64,000 nt of DNA from Bacillota bacterium (GCA_963666425.2 OY762825.2:928001-992000), one strand, 5' to 3'. Shown: positions 19,672-29,741, counted from the first letter of the stretch. A program made the numbers and translations. Notes: generated by a model from the letters alone, not told the origin.

Positions 19672-22059
19672 TTATTCTTCCTGCGGTCTGACACGGATGG
19701 TTTCTCCGGTTGTCACACTGCGGCGCATCACACTGCTTGGGATAGCGGTGCGCATGGCTCTGTGTGCTTCCGCATTGCCGTGTACCAACAAAACCACCTG
19801 TGGGTGCAAGTACTCAATTGCGGAAAGCAATTCGTCTTGGGCAGGGTGAGAAGGCCAATGATAATAAAGGATTTCACTCTTTTTCCCTGGTTGTTTTTTA
19901 CTCAGTTTTTCCAGTATCGGAATCAGGGCAACCAAGCTTTCACTCATTGTCGGTAAAAAAACGGCAGACACATCGTCTTTCACTATTTTACTTAAATAAG
20001 TAAATCCAGGCGCTTTTTCTGTCAGCATCGCCGGATTGACAAACAAGATACAGGGCTTATCAGCAACAGTCTGGCGGATTGTCTCGTCAATTGGCGTAAT
20101 CGACCAGCGGAAACTGTCTGCATGAAGAAAACCCGTCTGCGGTTTTGTGGTAGCGTCCGTCTGCATGTGCTCCTCCATCAGTTTAAAAAACTGATTGCAG
20201 CGGCCGTCGATATAGAGCGGTACCTTTCTCAATTTACCTTCTGTCATCGCTTGACGGAACAGGAAAGCGAAATTCTCGCCGCGTCCCAATTCGGCACAGG
20301 GAAATAAAGCGCAGCCACCGTTGTTGAGAATTTCATTAACCTTACTAATCATAACTTGTTCCATGGCTTGACGTTCAAAATGAGGAAATTGACCATTGGT
20401 GATATTAAGAATCATGATATCAAAATTACCCACCGGCCAAGCGGCTGCCAGTGCGGTTTTTTCTTTGTGTTTCGTAAAATCAGCGGTGATAAAAACAGAA
20501 TCATCCTGACCTTGCACCGCAATACTGACGGCGCCCGGCATATGACCGGCAGCGTAGAGTGTAATTGATAAATCATCATGGAACGGATAATATTTCGTTC
20601 CGATCTCTTTGACTGTCAGTTGAACTGCCTTAATCTCCGCTGCTTCGTAAACCGGCGCTTCGCTGACATAGTCTTCCTGATCCTCTGCCGGCCGCAATAA
20701 GGTATCAAGCATTGCCTCGATCATCGGTTCAGAGTCTTTACTGCACCAAACCGGGACATCCGGCCACCGTTTCACCAAATAGGGCAAGGCGCCACATTGG
20801 CTGTAATGAGCGTGGGTGATGATGATCAAATCGGGTTTCGGTATTGTTTGGACGTTTGGCAAACGCTCAATCCGGGCAGAGAGCCGGATACCGGCATCGA
20901 TCAGGATTCGTTTGCCATAGCGGACCATTTCCAGCATATAGCAAGCCGCATCGTTATCATTGCCGCCGGCTACCGCTTTGAAAATCACATGGCTGCGTCC
21001 CCCTGTAGAAGCAGGTGTATTGGCCTGATGATAGAGATAATTGTGCCAATCCGTATATTCCGAATCGTCAACCATCAGCAGCGGTACATTATTAATCATC
21101 GGTCGGCCCGGAGTTTTATCTCCCGGCTGGCCGCCATCGGAGCCGCCACGCAGAGTCAGACGGCTGTCCATCGGCATCGGTGGTAAATCATCCTCTAAAA
21201 AATCATGCTTTGCCGCTGGATCCGGTTCTGGTTTTCCCGCTGCTTCCTTGTTGTCGATGCAGACAGGCACCGCAGCTGCTGCGGCAGAGCCGACATCTTT
21301 TAGAGGTTCTTCCGTCTGATTTTTTCGCTTCAGCCAGGGAAACTGAGTCTCCATTTTTTGCCGGTGACTGCGCACCTGCTGCAGCGCGCGGGCGATCGAC
21401 AGACCGGCACTCACCGCTTTGCTATAGACTTCCGGCTCTGCTTCTTCTATTAAAAGATCATATTCGCGATGCAGCAGCTTCAAGCGCGCTTCTTCCTGCA
21501 GCCAAATACGATATTTCTGCTCGATCCCGTTTTGCTTGCTTTTCTGCAGAATACGGTTTTCCTGCTGTAAATGCAGAAGAGAAAATAACATCTGTTCGGA
21601 AAGCAGACTCTCCTCCGCAAAGGCTTCCTCCGCTCTGGGTAGGGCAAGCTGTTCTTCTGCAGAATCGATTTCCGCTTCCATTTGCTCCGGCTGCGGTCCC
21701 TCTGCTGCAGCAGCATCTTCTGCACTTACTTTCGTCTGTTCTTGTTTGAGAAAAACCGCAGAAGCGTCGTCGATTTCCGGATAGACGGCAATTTTTGCGT
21801 TCTCCGGCTGCAGCTGGTGCAGAAATAGCTTTGTCTCGCCGGATGCAGCGAAAGATTCCATTGCTTGCTGCAGCGTAATGTCTGCCTGATCGGCTGGGTT
21901 CATTGGCTGCATGACTAAGCTCGCTTTGGCATTCGTGCGATCACGATTCGTTTGATGATGACTTCCGATCGCCACCGTTTGTTTGGGAAAAACCGTTTGC
22001 TTCACTTCCATGATACTGTCAAAGTTCCGGTTACCATTGGTCTTACGTCGTTTGGACAT
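19672..22059 (-). CDS. Beta-CASP metallo-beta-lactamase-fold protein with degenerate active site and long N-terminal extension
   Basis: ILIDAG, THAHYSQCGALP, AGHMPGA, FITADF, SHPAQDEL, VLLVHG; ATG 22059 after GAGGTG. Confidence 0.8.
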   Translation of the reverse strand: MSKRRKTNGNRNFDSIMEVKQTVFPKQTVAIGSHHQTNRDRTNAKASLVMQPMNPADQADITLQQAMESFAASGETKLFLHQLQPENAKIAVYPEIDDASAVFLKQEQTKVSAEDAAAAEGPQPEQMEAEIDSAEEQLALPRAEEAFAEESLLSEQMLFSLLHLQQENRILQKSKQNGIEQKYRIWLQEEARLKLLHREYDLLIEEAEPEVYSKAVSAGLSIARALQQVRSHRQKMETQFPWLKRKNQTEEPLKDVGSAAAAAVPVCIDNKEAAGKPEPDPAAKHDFLEDDLPPMPMDSRLTLRGGSDGGQPGDKTPGRPMINNVPLLMVDDSEYTDWHNYLYHQANTPASTGGRSHVIFKAVAGGNDNDAACYMLEMVRYGKRILIDAGIRLSARIERLPNVQTIPKPDLIIITHAHYSQCGALPYLVKRWPDVPVWCSKDSEPMIEAMLDTLLRPAEDQEDYVSEAPVYEAAEIKAVQLTVKEIGTKYYPFHDDLSITLYAAGHMPGAVSIAVQGQDDSVFITADFTKHKEKTALAAAWPVGNFDIMILNITNGQFPHFERQAMEQVMISKVNEILNNGGCALFPCAELGRGENFAFLFRQAMTEGKLRKVPLYIDGRCNQFFKLMEEHMQTDATTKPQTGFLHADSFRWSITPIDETIRQTVADKPCILFVNPAMLTEKAPGFTYLSKIVKDDVSAVFLPTMSESLVALIPILEKLSKKQPGKKSEILYYHWPSHPAQDELLSAIEYLHPQVVLLVHGNAEAHRAMRTAIPSSVMRRSVTTGETIRVRPQEE

Positions 22060-22076
22060 ACGGTTCACCTCACTTT

Positions 22077-22970
22077 TTATCTAGACTCCTTTTTTTCTTG
22101 CTTCGCTTTACGCAGGGCAACGATTTCTTCCGGCTGAAAATGATAGGCCGTGCGACAGAAATGACAAATCATTTCCACCGGCTCCTGCTTCGCTGCCATA
22201 TCCTGCAACTCGTCGTCTGAGATACTCAATAAAATCTGCTGCAAACGTTCTCTGCTGCAATCACATTGGTAATGGACCTCTCTGGTTTCCAAAATCGTTA
22301 ACTCGTCCGCAGTAAAGAAGCGTTTCAGCATTTCTTCCGCAGTTTCTACCTCTTGGATCATTTCTGTTGGCATCGCCGCTTCAGCCAAACGTTTTTCCAG
22401 CTTCTCGATCAGATCAGCATCTGCTCCCGGCAGCATTTGCAGTAAATATCCACCCGCAGTTTTTACTTGTCCATCCGGATTGACTAGTACTCCCAATCCC
22501 ACCGCTGAGGGAATTTGTTCTGAGACGGCTAGATAGTAAGCCAAATCCGTGGCAATTTCTCCGCTTTGCAAGGGTACCTGCCCAACATAGGGATCACCGA
22601 AACCCAAATCTTTACTGACTGCCAAAAAGCCTTTGCCAACAGCGCCGCCAACATCTAATTTGCCGGCGCTTGTCGCGGGTAAATTCACGTGCGGCTCCTG
22701 CAGATATCCCTTGACATGGGAACTGTCATCCACATCGACGATGACTGCACCGCAAGGACCGTCGCCCAGCACTCTTAAAGTAAGGTGCTGTCCTTCTTTT
22801 AAAATAGCGCCCATCAGCAAACCACCGGTCAAACTGCGTCCTAAAACCGCAGCAGCAGTTGGCCAACAATCATGCCGCTGTCTCGCTTCCTCTACTAACC
22901 CGGTGGTAACAGCCGCCAAAGCCCTGATCTGTCCGTTACAAGCGGTAGCTATTATCAGATGATCGTGCAT
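22077..22970 (-). CDS. hslO: Hsp33 redox-regulated chaperone
   Basis: GKLDVGGAVG, SEQIPSAVGLGV, AGGYLLQMLP, CDC...CHFC zinc motif. Confidence 0.96.
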   Translation of the reverse strand: MHDHLIIATACNGQIRALAAVTTGLVEEARQRHDCWPTAAAVLGRSLTGGLLMGAILKEGQHLTLRVLGDGPCGAVIVDVDDSSHVKGYLQEPHVNLPATSAGKLDVGGAVGKGFLAVSKDLGFGDPYVGQVPLQSGEIATDLAYYLAVSEQIPSAVGLGVLVNPDGQVKTAGGYLLQMLPGADADLIEKLEKRLAEAAMPTEMIQEVETAEEMLKRFFTADELTILETREVHYQCDCSRERLQQILLSISDDELQDMAAKQEPVEMICHFCRTAYHFQPEEIVALRKAKQEKKESR

Positions 22971-23104
22971 ATGAACCGATCCTTTCTATCATAAAATCCT
23001 GATCTTGTCATCCTATAAAGTATTTATTTTCTCCTTCAGGCAGGCAAAAACCTTTTTCGTCAGCTTGATATTTTCCCGGCAGGCAAGGAGGATCTGCTTA
23101 TGAT

Positions 23105-23148
23105 AAAAAAGCCGACTGCGTGGCTCTGACTGAGCTGCGCAAGTCGGC
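23105..23148 (-). terminator. Intrinsic terminator of the S9 peptidase operon
   Basis: GCCGACT...AGTCGGC stem followed by TTTTTT on the minus strand. Confidence 0.65.
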
Positions 23149-23165
23149 ATCAAATTTACATCCTG

Positions 23166-25268
23166 TTATTTCTTTTTGTTTTTGTAATATTCAAACCAAG
23201 CAAAGATCCTTTCGTAACGATCGAGTTGGTGCAGCGGTCGTTTGAAACCATGATATTCACCCGGGTAGCGGACCATCACCACTTCTTTACCCAATCGTTT
23301 TAAAGCCTGGTAGAACACTTCGCTGTTGGTGATGCCGCAGCGCAAATCACTCTCACCATGCAGCAATAAAAGCGGCGTTTCAACCTGCTCGGCATAGGTC
23401 AGCGGAGAGCTTTTGATCAATTGACTGTCTTTTCCCTGCCACGGCTGACCGCCATACTCATATTCGTTGGCCATGGTGTTATCTGCCAAACCGTAATCGA
23501 GCGCGAGGCTGCTGACCACAGCACCGCCGCAGATCGCCTTATAACGTTTGGTTTGAGTCGCCAGCCAGCATGCCATGTAACCGCCGTAGCTCCAGCCATG
23601 CATGAAGCAAAGATCGGGGTCAATGAAACCGGTGGCAAGCGCATCATCCAGACCGGACAACAGATCGGCATAATCTCTGTCTCCCCAGTTTTGATCAATC
23701 GCACGGCTGAACTCTTCGCCAAAGGTGGTAGAACCCCTGGGATTGATCAGGAGGACGAAATAACCTTGTGCAGCAAAGTATTGGGCGGCAATTTCAAAAG
23801 CAGGTCCATAAACCCCATGCGGACCGCCATGCACCAGATGGAAGAGCGGATATTTCTTGCTCTGGTCAAACTGAGCCGGATAGTAGAGCCAACCTTGCAG
23901 CGGCTGACCATCCTCTGCCGAAACAAAGCTGCGCGCTTGCCAGTGGGCAAATTCACGTTCCGCCATCAATGCATCGTTATGATGGGTCACCTGCCGCAGC
24001 TCTCCTTGCCGCAGCCAGAACCATTCTGCTAATTGGTCTGGGGAAGTGATCAGCAGCAGAAAACCCAGGTCGGAAACAGCAAATGACAGCAGACTGCATT
24101 GTTCCTGCCGCCATAAACATTCTGTATGTCCTTCAATCGAATGATATAAGGTGCCAGCGCCTTGATCACCAAGCATAAAACAGAACTCGTTTTGACGCCA
24201 CATGCTGGTTCGTCCGCCGGCTAATCTGGGCTCCGGACCACCGCCTGCGCCATAGGGACGATCATACTCCGCCGTCAGATTCAGCACATTTTGGCAAGTA
24301 AGCGCCTCCGGTGTCGAACCAGCCGCCAATTGCTGCAGAAACGAGGCAACCGGCAGCAAATTGACATCAGTGCGGCTGGAGACAAACCAAGTATTATTGT
24401 GTCCGGCGAAAGCAATAAAGCGACCATCCGGGCTCCAGGACAGCACTTTGCTCGGTCCGACTGCCCGATAGAGCAAGACCGGTTCTCCGCCGCTGATGGG
24501 ATAAAGCCATAAGTCGTCACGATGTTCTATTTCCGGATCCTGGCAGTGGCAGCCGCTGACACAAAGCCATCGACCACAGGGAGAAATTCGACCCAACGGA
24601 TGATCCCAGTCGCCAAAGGTAAGCTGACGCGCCGTGGGTTTCGCGTCTCCTGTTGTATTCAGTTGCGCGGGAATCATAAAGTGATGTGTTCTTGCCTGAC
24701 CATAATAACCAACCCCATCCATACGGTAATGGAAACGAGTAATTACTTTTACACTGTTGATTTCACTTTTCTCTCTTTTGTCCTTCTCCCCGCTGGCAGC
24801 CAGCTTGGTGGCTTCTTTCAGACGAATTCCGTCTTTGGCCGGGGCTCCCGCATAAGGAGTCCAATCTTCATCAAAAGGGAAAACAGCAGCCGTATAAACA
24901 ATCGACTGACCATCCGGTGTCCAGATAAAATCCTCAACCGCTTCGACTGTTGGCAGGCAGCGGGCTTCTCCGCCGGCAGTCAAATCCAGGATATAGATCC
25001 GGCTGCCATGATCCTGCCGGGTGGAAAGAAATGCCAGTTTCGTCGCATCCGGCGAAAGACGCGGTAACCGATTATTACCGCTGCTGGTCAATGGCCGTTC
25101 CTGACCCGAGACCAAATCCAGCTGCCATAGATCGGTGAGATTCTTCTCCTGCTTCAAATCCGTTTTTTGTAAGACATAGAAGGCGTATCTGCCATCCGCT
25201 GTCCATTGCAAATCCAGAGCTGCTTTGATACGATGCATATCTTCCAGTTGAAATTTGGTTCTTGCCAA
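23166..25268 (-). CDS. S9 family peptidase
   Basis: Propeller repeats, VHGGPH, NPRGS, GWSYGG, HGESDLRC, YPGEYHG. Confidence 0.93.
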   Translation of the reverse strand: MARTKFQLEDMHRIKAALDLQWTADGRYAFYVLQKTDLKQEKNLTDLWQLDLVSGQERPLTSSGNNRLPRLSPDATKLAFLSTRQDHGSRIYILDLTAGGEARCLPTVEAVEDFIWTPDGQSIVYTAAVFPFDEDWTPYAGAPAKDGIRLKEATKLAASGEKDKREKSEINSVKVITRFHYRMDGVGYYGQARTHHFMIPAQLNTTGDAKPTARQLTFGDWDHPLGRISPCGRWLCVSGCHCQDPEIEHRDDLWLYPISGGEPVLLYRAVGPSKVLSWSPDGRFIAFAGHNNTWFVSSRTDVNLLPVASFLQQLAAGSTPEALTCQNVLNLTAEYDRPYGAGGGPEPRLAGGRTSMWRQNEFCFMLGDQGAGTLYHSIEGHTECLWRQEQCSLLSFAVSDLGFLLLITSPDQLAEWFWLRQGELRQVTHHNDALMAEREFAHWQARSFVSAEDGQPLQGWLYYPAQFDQSKKYPLFHLVHGGPHGVYGPAFEIAAQYFAAQGYFVLLINPRGSTTFGEEFSRAIDQNWGDRDYADLLSGLDDALATGFIDPDLCFMHGWSYGGYMACWLATQTKRYKAICGGAVVSSLALDYGLADNTMANEYEYGGQPWQGKDSQLIKSSPLTYAEQVETPLLLLHGESDLRCGITNSEVFYQALKRLGKEVVMVRYPGEYHGFKRPLHQLDRYERIFAWFEYYKNKKK

Positions 25269-25272
25269 TTCT

Positions 25273-26676
25273 TTATCCCCCTAAATTAAAATAATCGATA
25301 AAGATCGAACGGGTTCTTGCGTCCCATTGCACCGAAGCACCGAATGCTTCACTGATCGCTCTTAACGGGATCATCGTGCGTCCGTTGACCGCATCAAGAT
25401 AGGCCGGTGCGTCAATGGTTCGCAGCTCGCCGTTGACCGTCATGCTGCTGCTATTGAGCTGCAGTTCAATGCGGCTATTGTGATAGCTTGCTACAATCCG
25501 CTGATTTTCCGCCTGCCACTCGACATAAACACCCATGGCTTCCAACAGAGGGCGCAGCGGTATATAGGTCCGATTGTTTTCAGCAAGCACTGGAGCGGCA
25601 TCCGCAAAATAAACGCGATGCTCCCGATTCAAATAAACTTTGATCTCATCCGCCAATAAAACCTGTTTGATTGAAAAAACATCACTGCTGGCCGTCGTCA
25701 GCACTGCTCCGCCAAAATGATTGGCTCTGACGGAATAGGTCTGCATATTCGTCCCGTAGCCGTAAACAACATGTCCCCAGGTAAGGAGAGAAGCGAACGC
25801 CTGACGCGCCGGTAAGCGGATCCCGTTCATATAATAAATCTGCGTTGGGTCTGCCGGTACCCAACCAAACCCTTCCTGATAAAACTCTACCCAGGCATGC
25901 GCTAAATTCGTCCCGGAAAAAACCTGAAAATCCGTTATTTCAGTCGGATCTTTAAACCAATAGCCGCCCACGATGCGAGCGGGTATTTTGACCGCGCGCA
26001 GCAACGCCACCATGAAAGCGGCGAAATCAGTACATACCCCACGCAAATTAAACAAAGCCGATAAACTGCCTTGCCTGGCGTAAACATTCGACTCATCATA
26101 GGTCATAGCGGTATTGACATAATCAAAAATCAACTGGGCTTTCTCATAGTCACTGACTGCACCCGCTGTCAGTGACTGTGCCAAAGCAATCATAGAAGGA
26201 TTGGAACAGGCAATATAATCTTCATCCTGTAAATAGAGCGATAATTCCGACGACCTTGTCAAATTACCACCGTTGCCTGTGATCAGCAGCGATAAATTGG
26301 CCAGTTCGCTTTTGTCGGTCAGCCAATTCAAACTGCATAAATTCGCTCTGATACTGACTGAAACACTTTCTCCCGGCAGCAATTGAGCGAAAGTGACATA
26401 AGCATAACGATTGCCATAGAGATCCGTTTCAATGCGCTCCGGGGACGGATAGATCAATTCCTCAAACTGGATTTGCGAGTTTGGCAGAGCGAGTGGTGTT
26501 AGCAGGATACGCACGACGACATCGGTTGCGGTTTCCACGCCGGAATTGCTGACCTGGATGATCTGTTTATGGAAAAGCAATTTCTCATTTGCCGCAGCCA
26601 ATGTTCTCTGCGGAAAAACCGAAATAAAAAAGGACAAGGTGAGAAGGAGAACAATCAATCGCTTTGATTTTCGCAT
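25273..26676 (-). CDS. Secreted transglutaminase-like protein with C-terminal copper amine oxidase N-terminal (stalk) domain
   Basis: Signal peptide; catalytic triad GVCTDFA / HAWVE / PADPT; NRTYIPLR and GRTMIPLRAISEAFGASVQWD repeats. Confidence 0.85.
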   Translation of the reverse strand: MRKSKRLIVLLLTLSFFISVFPQRTLAAANEKLLFHKQIIQVSNSGVETATDVVVRILLTPLALPNSQIQFEELIYPSPERIETDLYGNRYAYVTFAQLLPGESVSVSIRANLCSLNWLTDKSELANLSLLITGNGGNLTRSSELSLYLQDEDYIACSNPSMIALAQSLTAGAVSDYEKAQLIFDYVNTAMTYDESNVYARQGSLSALFNLRGVCTDFAAFMVALLRAVKIPARIVGGYWFKDPTEITDFQVFSGTNLAHAWVEFYQEGFGWVPADPTQIYYMNGIRLPARQAFASLLTWGHVVYGYGTNMQTYSVRANHFGGAVLTTASSDVFSIKQVLLADEIKVYLNREHRVYFADAAPVLAENNRTYIPLRPLLEAMGVYVEWQAENQRIVASYHNSRIELQLNSSSMTVNGELRTIDAPAYLDAVNGRTMIPLRAISEAFGASVQWDARTRSIFIDYFNLGG

Positions 26677-26702
26677 CCTTATCCCCCCCTGCCATCACGG
26701 AA

Positions 26703-27031
26703 TCAATTCCGTTTCGAATCATGAAAACAATCGGCTTGACCGAACAGTGCACCGATGCCGCCGGTATGCAGAAAGCAGACTGCTTCCTGCGGTGGCAGAA
26801 TCCCTCTGCTGATCAAATCACGCAGACCATAGAGTGTTTTCGCAGTGTAAACGTACTCCAAGAGAATTCCTTCCCGCCGTGCCAGTAAAAGCATTGTCTC
26901 AGCCAGTAATTCCATTTGAATTTGACGTTCTTGTTCGGAAATTGTTCCGAGAAAAATTGACTGCGCGGCAAAAGTTCAAGCGGCGTTGGGAATTTATGCA
27001 AATTGATTCTAGGTAAATTCTCGAAAAACAT
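26703..27031 (-). pseudogene. D-cysteine desulfhydrase / ACC deaminase family remnant with a large internal deletion
   Basis: N-terminus MFFENLPRINLHKFPTPLELLPR (RBS GGAGGA) joined out of frame to C-terminus ARREGILLEYVYTAK...FLHTGG. Confidence 0.8.
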
Positions 27032-27117
27032 GGGATTATCCTCCATGAAAATATTACAATTTAGTAATTTATATTACTTCCTAGATATTCCTGCTATTTT
27101 ATCTTTCACGAGAACTA

Positions 27118-27768
27118 CTATAATTGTAACTTACCAAACCAGATGACCAGCAGCATTCCCTCTCCACAACAAACCGATGCCGCTGCCCCGGTCAACTGAT
27201 TTGAAACCCCAAAGCTGGATCCTGCTTTTAAGCTGTGCCGGAGCAAAGGGTACTTCATGCCACAAGTCGTTACATCGCTTACGAGAGCCGTACAAGGCAG
27301 CAAGGAAATATAATTTCCTTCCTCTCCGCACAATTGTAATGTTTCATTGGAAATAACGCAAGCCTGTTGGGCGCCGTGGCTGAAGATAATCGGAAAATCT
27401 TTCTGTCGGAAAGCAGCGAGTAAGAATAAGTTCGCCACAGCATGATCCATTCGTGCGCCACCCCAACCGCCAAAGACAATCGCGCTGCTGCAGCCACGCT
27501 GCATGGCGAACTGCAAAGCCAGCTCACTGTCCGTCATATCCTTTTCTGGCGGCCAAACGAAACACTCTATGCTTTTTCCTTTGATTTCATCCTGCCATTC
27601 CGGCAAAAAAGAATCAAAGTCGCCTAGGAGAACATCGGGCTGCCAGTGCAGATCCCGCAAGTGACCATAACCTCCATCTGCTGCAATGACGACATCGGTC
27701 GCCTGCCGAAAAAAGCCTGCCGGTAACCCAGCAAACTCACCTGCCAAGAAAATCAAAGCACGCTTCAT
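27118..27768 (-). CDS. thiN: Thiamine diphosphokinase
   Basis: IAADGG, LLGDFDS, EKDMTDSELAL, GARMDH, GVSN. Confidence 0.93.
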   Translation of the reverse strand: MKRALIFLAGEFAGLPAGFFRQATDVVIAADGGYGHLRDLHWQPDVLLGDFDSFLPEWQDEIKGKSIECFVWPPEKDMTDSELALQFAMQRGCSSAIVFGGWGGARMDHAVANLFLLAAFRQKDFPIIFSHGAQQACVISNETLQLCGEEGNYISLLPCTALVSDVTTCGMKYPLLRHSLKAGSSFGVSNQLTGAAASVCCGEGMLLVIWFGKLQL

Positions 27769-27793
27769 TGTATCAGCTCCTTCTTTTTAAAAA

Positions 27794-27870
27794 AAGGCTG
27801 CAACAAAACGAATCAGTCAAAAACAATATGGTTCTTGTTCTTGCAGATCATTCGTTTTGTTACAGACCTT
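27794..27870. repeat. Long inverted repeat / terminator with GGCTGCAACAAAA-type ends
   Basis: AAGGCTGCAACAAAACGAAT ... ATTCGTTTTGTTACAGACCTT. Confidence 0.55.
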
Positions 27871-27892
27871 ATGGCACAGAAGATTCGAAACG

Positions 27893-28756
27893 CTAGATTA
27901 ATTCCCGTTCAATTTCCTGCGCAGCAGAGTCCACTCCTTCGAGTTCCTCCATGGCATTCTCTAAAGTCATCAATTCCTGCGTCAGATTGCTCAACTCAAA
28001 GCGAACACTGTCATTTCCCCAGACCGTACTATTGACCAGTCTTGTCCGCAGACTCGACAAAGCGCTTTCCAGTGTATCCAAATGCGCCTGCAATAAAATA
28101 CTGCTTTGCCGGATCCGCTCTAAAGACTTCAGTTCCTGCTGCTTAAATCCGACCGCTCGCTGATATTGATTGACGGCTTCCACACTGGAAGCGCTGACAA
28201 CTTGGCGCTGTAAACGGTCAATTTCTTCCTGTATTTGCTGTAAATTTGAGTTCTCCAATAAAGAAGCCATGCGCTGATCCCGATTCAGCAATTCATAATA
28301 GCGCAAAAAGCCCTTGAGCGACTGCGCCAGCACTTCCTGAGCCACATCGTTGTCCCATACTTCCATACGGGTGAAATCATCAAACATATCCCGTTCCAAT
28401 TTGCGCACTCGCTCAAAGCGAACGCGCTGGTAATTGGCATGACTGCGCTGTTTTTCATAATCTTTTGAAGCGGTCCGCAGATTTTCCCGATACGCACTTA
28501 AGCTCTTCAGACTCCAGTCCTTTTGTACCTTATCCTTAAATTTCTGCGAGGCAGCTGTCCGAATGAGATAAATCAACTCCAGCAAGCTGCCGGTTGCCAG
28601 GACCAAGCCAGATACCGGAATCAACATATTAAAGAAAAAAATGGATTCCGGAACTCCAAAAAAAGCAAGCCCGATGGTTGCCGCGCTAATCAGCAGCGAA
28701 ACAGGCGATAACAGCAGTTGTTTTACCCGAAACGATCCAGGCGGTGTTTTCATCAC
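27893..28756 (-). CDS. Hypothetical membrane-anchored coiled-coil protein (PspA-associated)
   Basis: Two N-terminal hydrophobic helices then a long heptad-rich region; start overlaps the PspA stop. Confidence 0.7.
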   Translation of the reverse strand: MMKTPPGSFRVKQLLLSPVSLLISAATIGLAFFGVPESIFFFNMLIPVSGLVLATGSLLELIYLIRTAASQKFKDKVQKDWSLKSLSAYRENLRTASKDYEKQRSHANYQRVRFERVRKLERDMFDDFTRMEVWDNDVAQEVLAQSLKGFLRYYELLNRDQRMASLLENSNLQQIQEEIDRLQRQVVSASSVEAVNQYQRAVGFKQQELKSLERIRQSSILLQAHLDTLESALSSLRTRLVNSTVWGNDSVRFELSNLTQELMTLENAMEELEGVDSAAQEIERELI

Positions 28757-29523
28757 TGGGGTCCCATCTCCTGTTTAATCTTCTCCAAACGTTCTTTCAC
28801 TTGCAGGTCTTCCAGCGTACCTGCTTTTTCCAAGTCGATTTGACCAACCGGTTTTTCCAAACCGAGTTCTGCCTTCATCTTGGTCAGGCGCTCTTTGGCC
28901 TGTAAACTCTGTACTTCATCCTGCACGTCCTGAATTTCATTATGCAGAGTGATCTTGCCCATTTCGGTCAGGGCGTCGGCTCTGGCTTGCTTTTCCTGAA
29001 TTTTCTCTTTGGCACGATCCCAGGCTTCATTGGTCGTATCAAAAGAAATTCCACTCAAGGCTTCATTTAGTTTTTCTGTAATCTGAGCCTGTTTCCATTG
29101 CGTCTGCAATTGCAGTTTTTCCCGATATTTAGCCTGTACTTGCGCTTCAAAGGCTTTGACCTGCTGCTTGACCAATTCCGAAGCTTCTACGGCCTGATCA
29201 TACTGCGTCTGCAGTGCTTTCGCGACTTCCTCAACCGTCATCATCTGCTTCATGACCTGCTCCGCTAAATCATCGCGGCCCATCTGCAAGGCCTGCTTGA
29301 CCTGGGCATCCATGGTGGCTAATTTTTGTTTTTCGTTGCGCAGCATAATTTCAACTTGATTTTTCTGTTGTATTACTTGCACAGCCTGCAATTTGACTGC
29401 TTTCTGTTTTTCACGCAATTCATTTTGTGCTGCTTCCAGAATCACGTTGGGATCTTCGAATGAACTGACGCCAATACCGAACCAACCTTTGATTACGGTC
29501 CATAATCTACTAAACAGCCCCAT
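28753..29523 (-). CDS. pspA: PspA/IM30 family protein
   Basis: MGLFSRL amphipathic N-terminus, EDPNVILE, ALQMGRDDLA, C-terminal ERLEKIKQEMG; ATG 29523. Confidence 0.85.
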   Translation of the reverse strand: MGLFSRLWTVIKGWFGIGVSSFEDPNVILEAAQNELREKQKAVKLQAVQVIQQKNQVEIMLRNEKQKLATMDAQVKQALQMGRDDLAEQVMKQMMTVEEVAKALQTQYDQAVEASELVKQQVKAFEAQVQAKYREKLQLQTQWKQAQITEKLNEALSGISFDTTNEAWDRAKEKIQEKQARADALTEMGKITLHNEIQDVQDEVQSLQAKERLTKMKAELGLEKPVGQIDLEKAGTLEDLQVKERLEKIKQEMGPQ

Positions 29524-29683
29524 TTCCTTCACTCCTTATTCTTAATAAATATCTATGCCTTCTTCCTGTAATTCTATTTTCAGACTTGTTTTCCTCCTTG
29601 GAAAACAGGTCTATTTGAAATTACTTGCTGCAATGCTCCGCCGATTTCTCTCGAATCGCAGCTTTTTCAGATCTTTTATCTTT

Positions 29684-29735
29684 AAAAAAAACGATCATGC
29701 GGAACTTCCTGACCGAAGTGTTTCCGCATGATCGT
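29684..29735 (-). terminator. Intrinsic terminator of the ABC cluster
   Basis: ACGATCATGCGGAA...TTCCGCATGATCGT followed by a T run on the minus strand. Confidence 0.75.
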
Positions 29736-29741
29736 CTGCTG

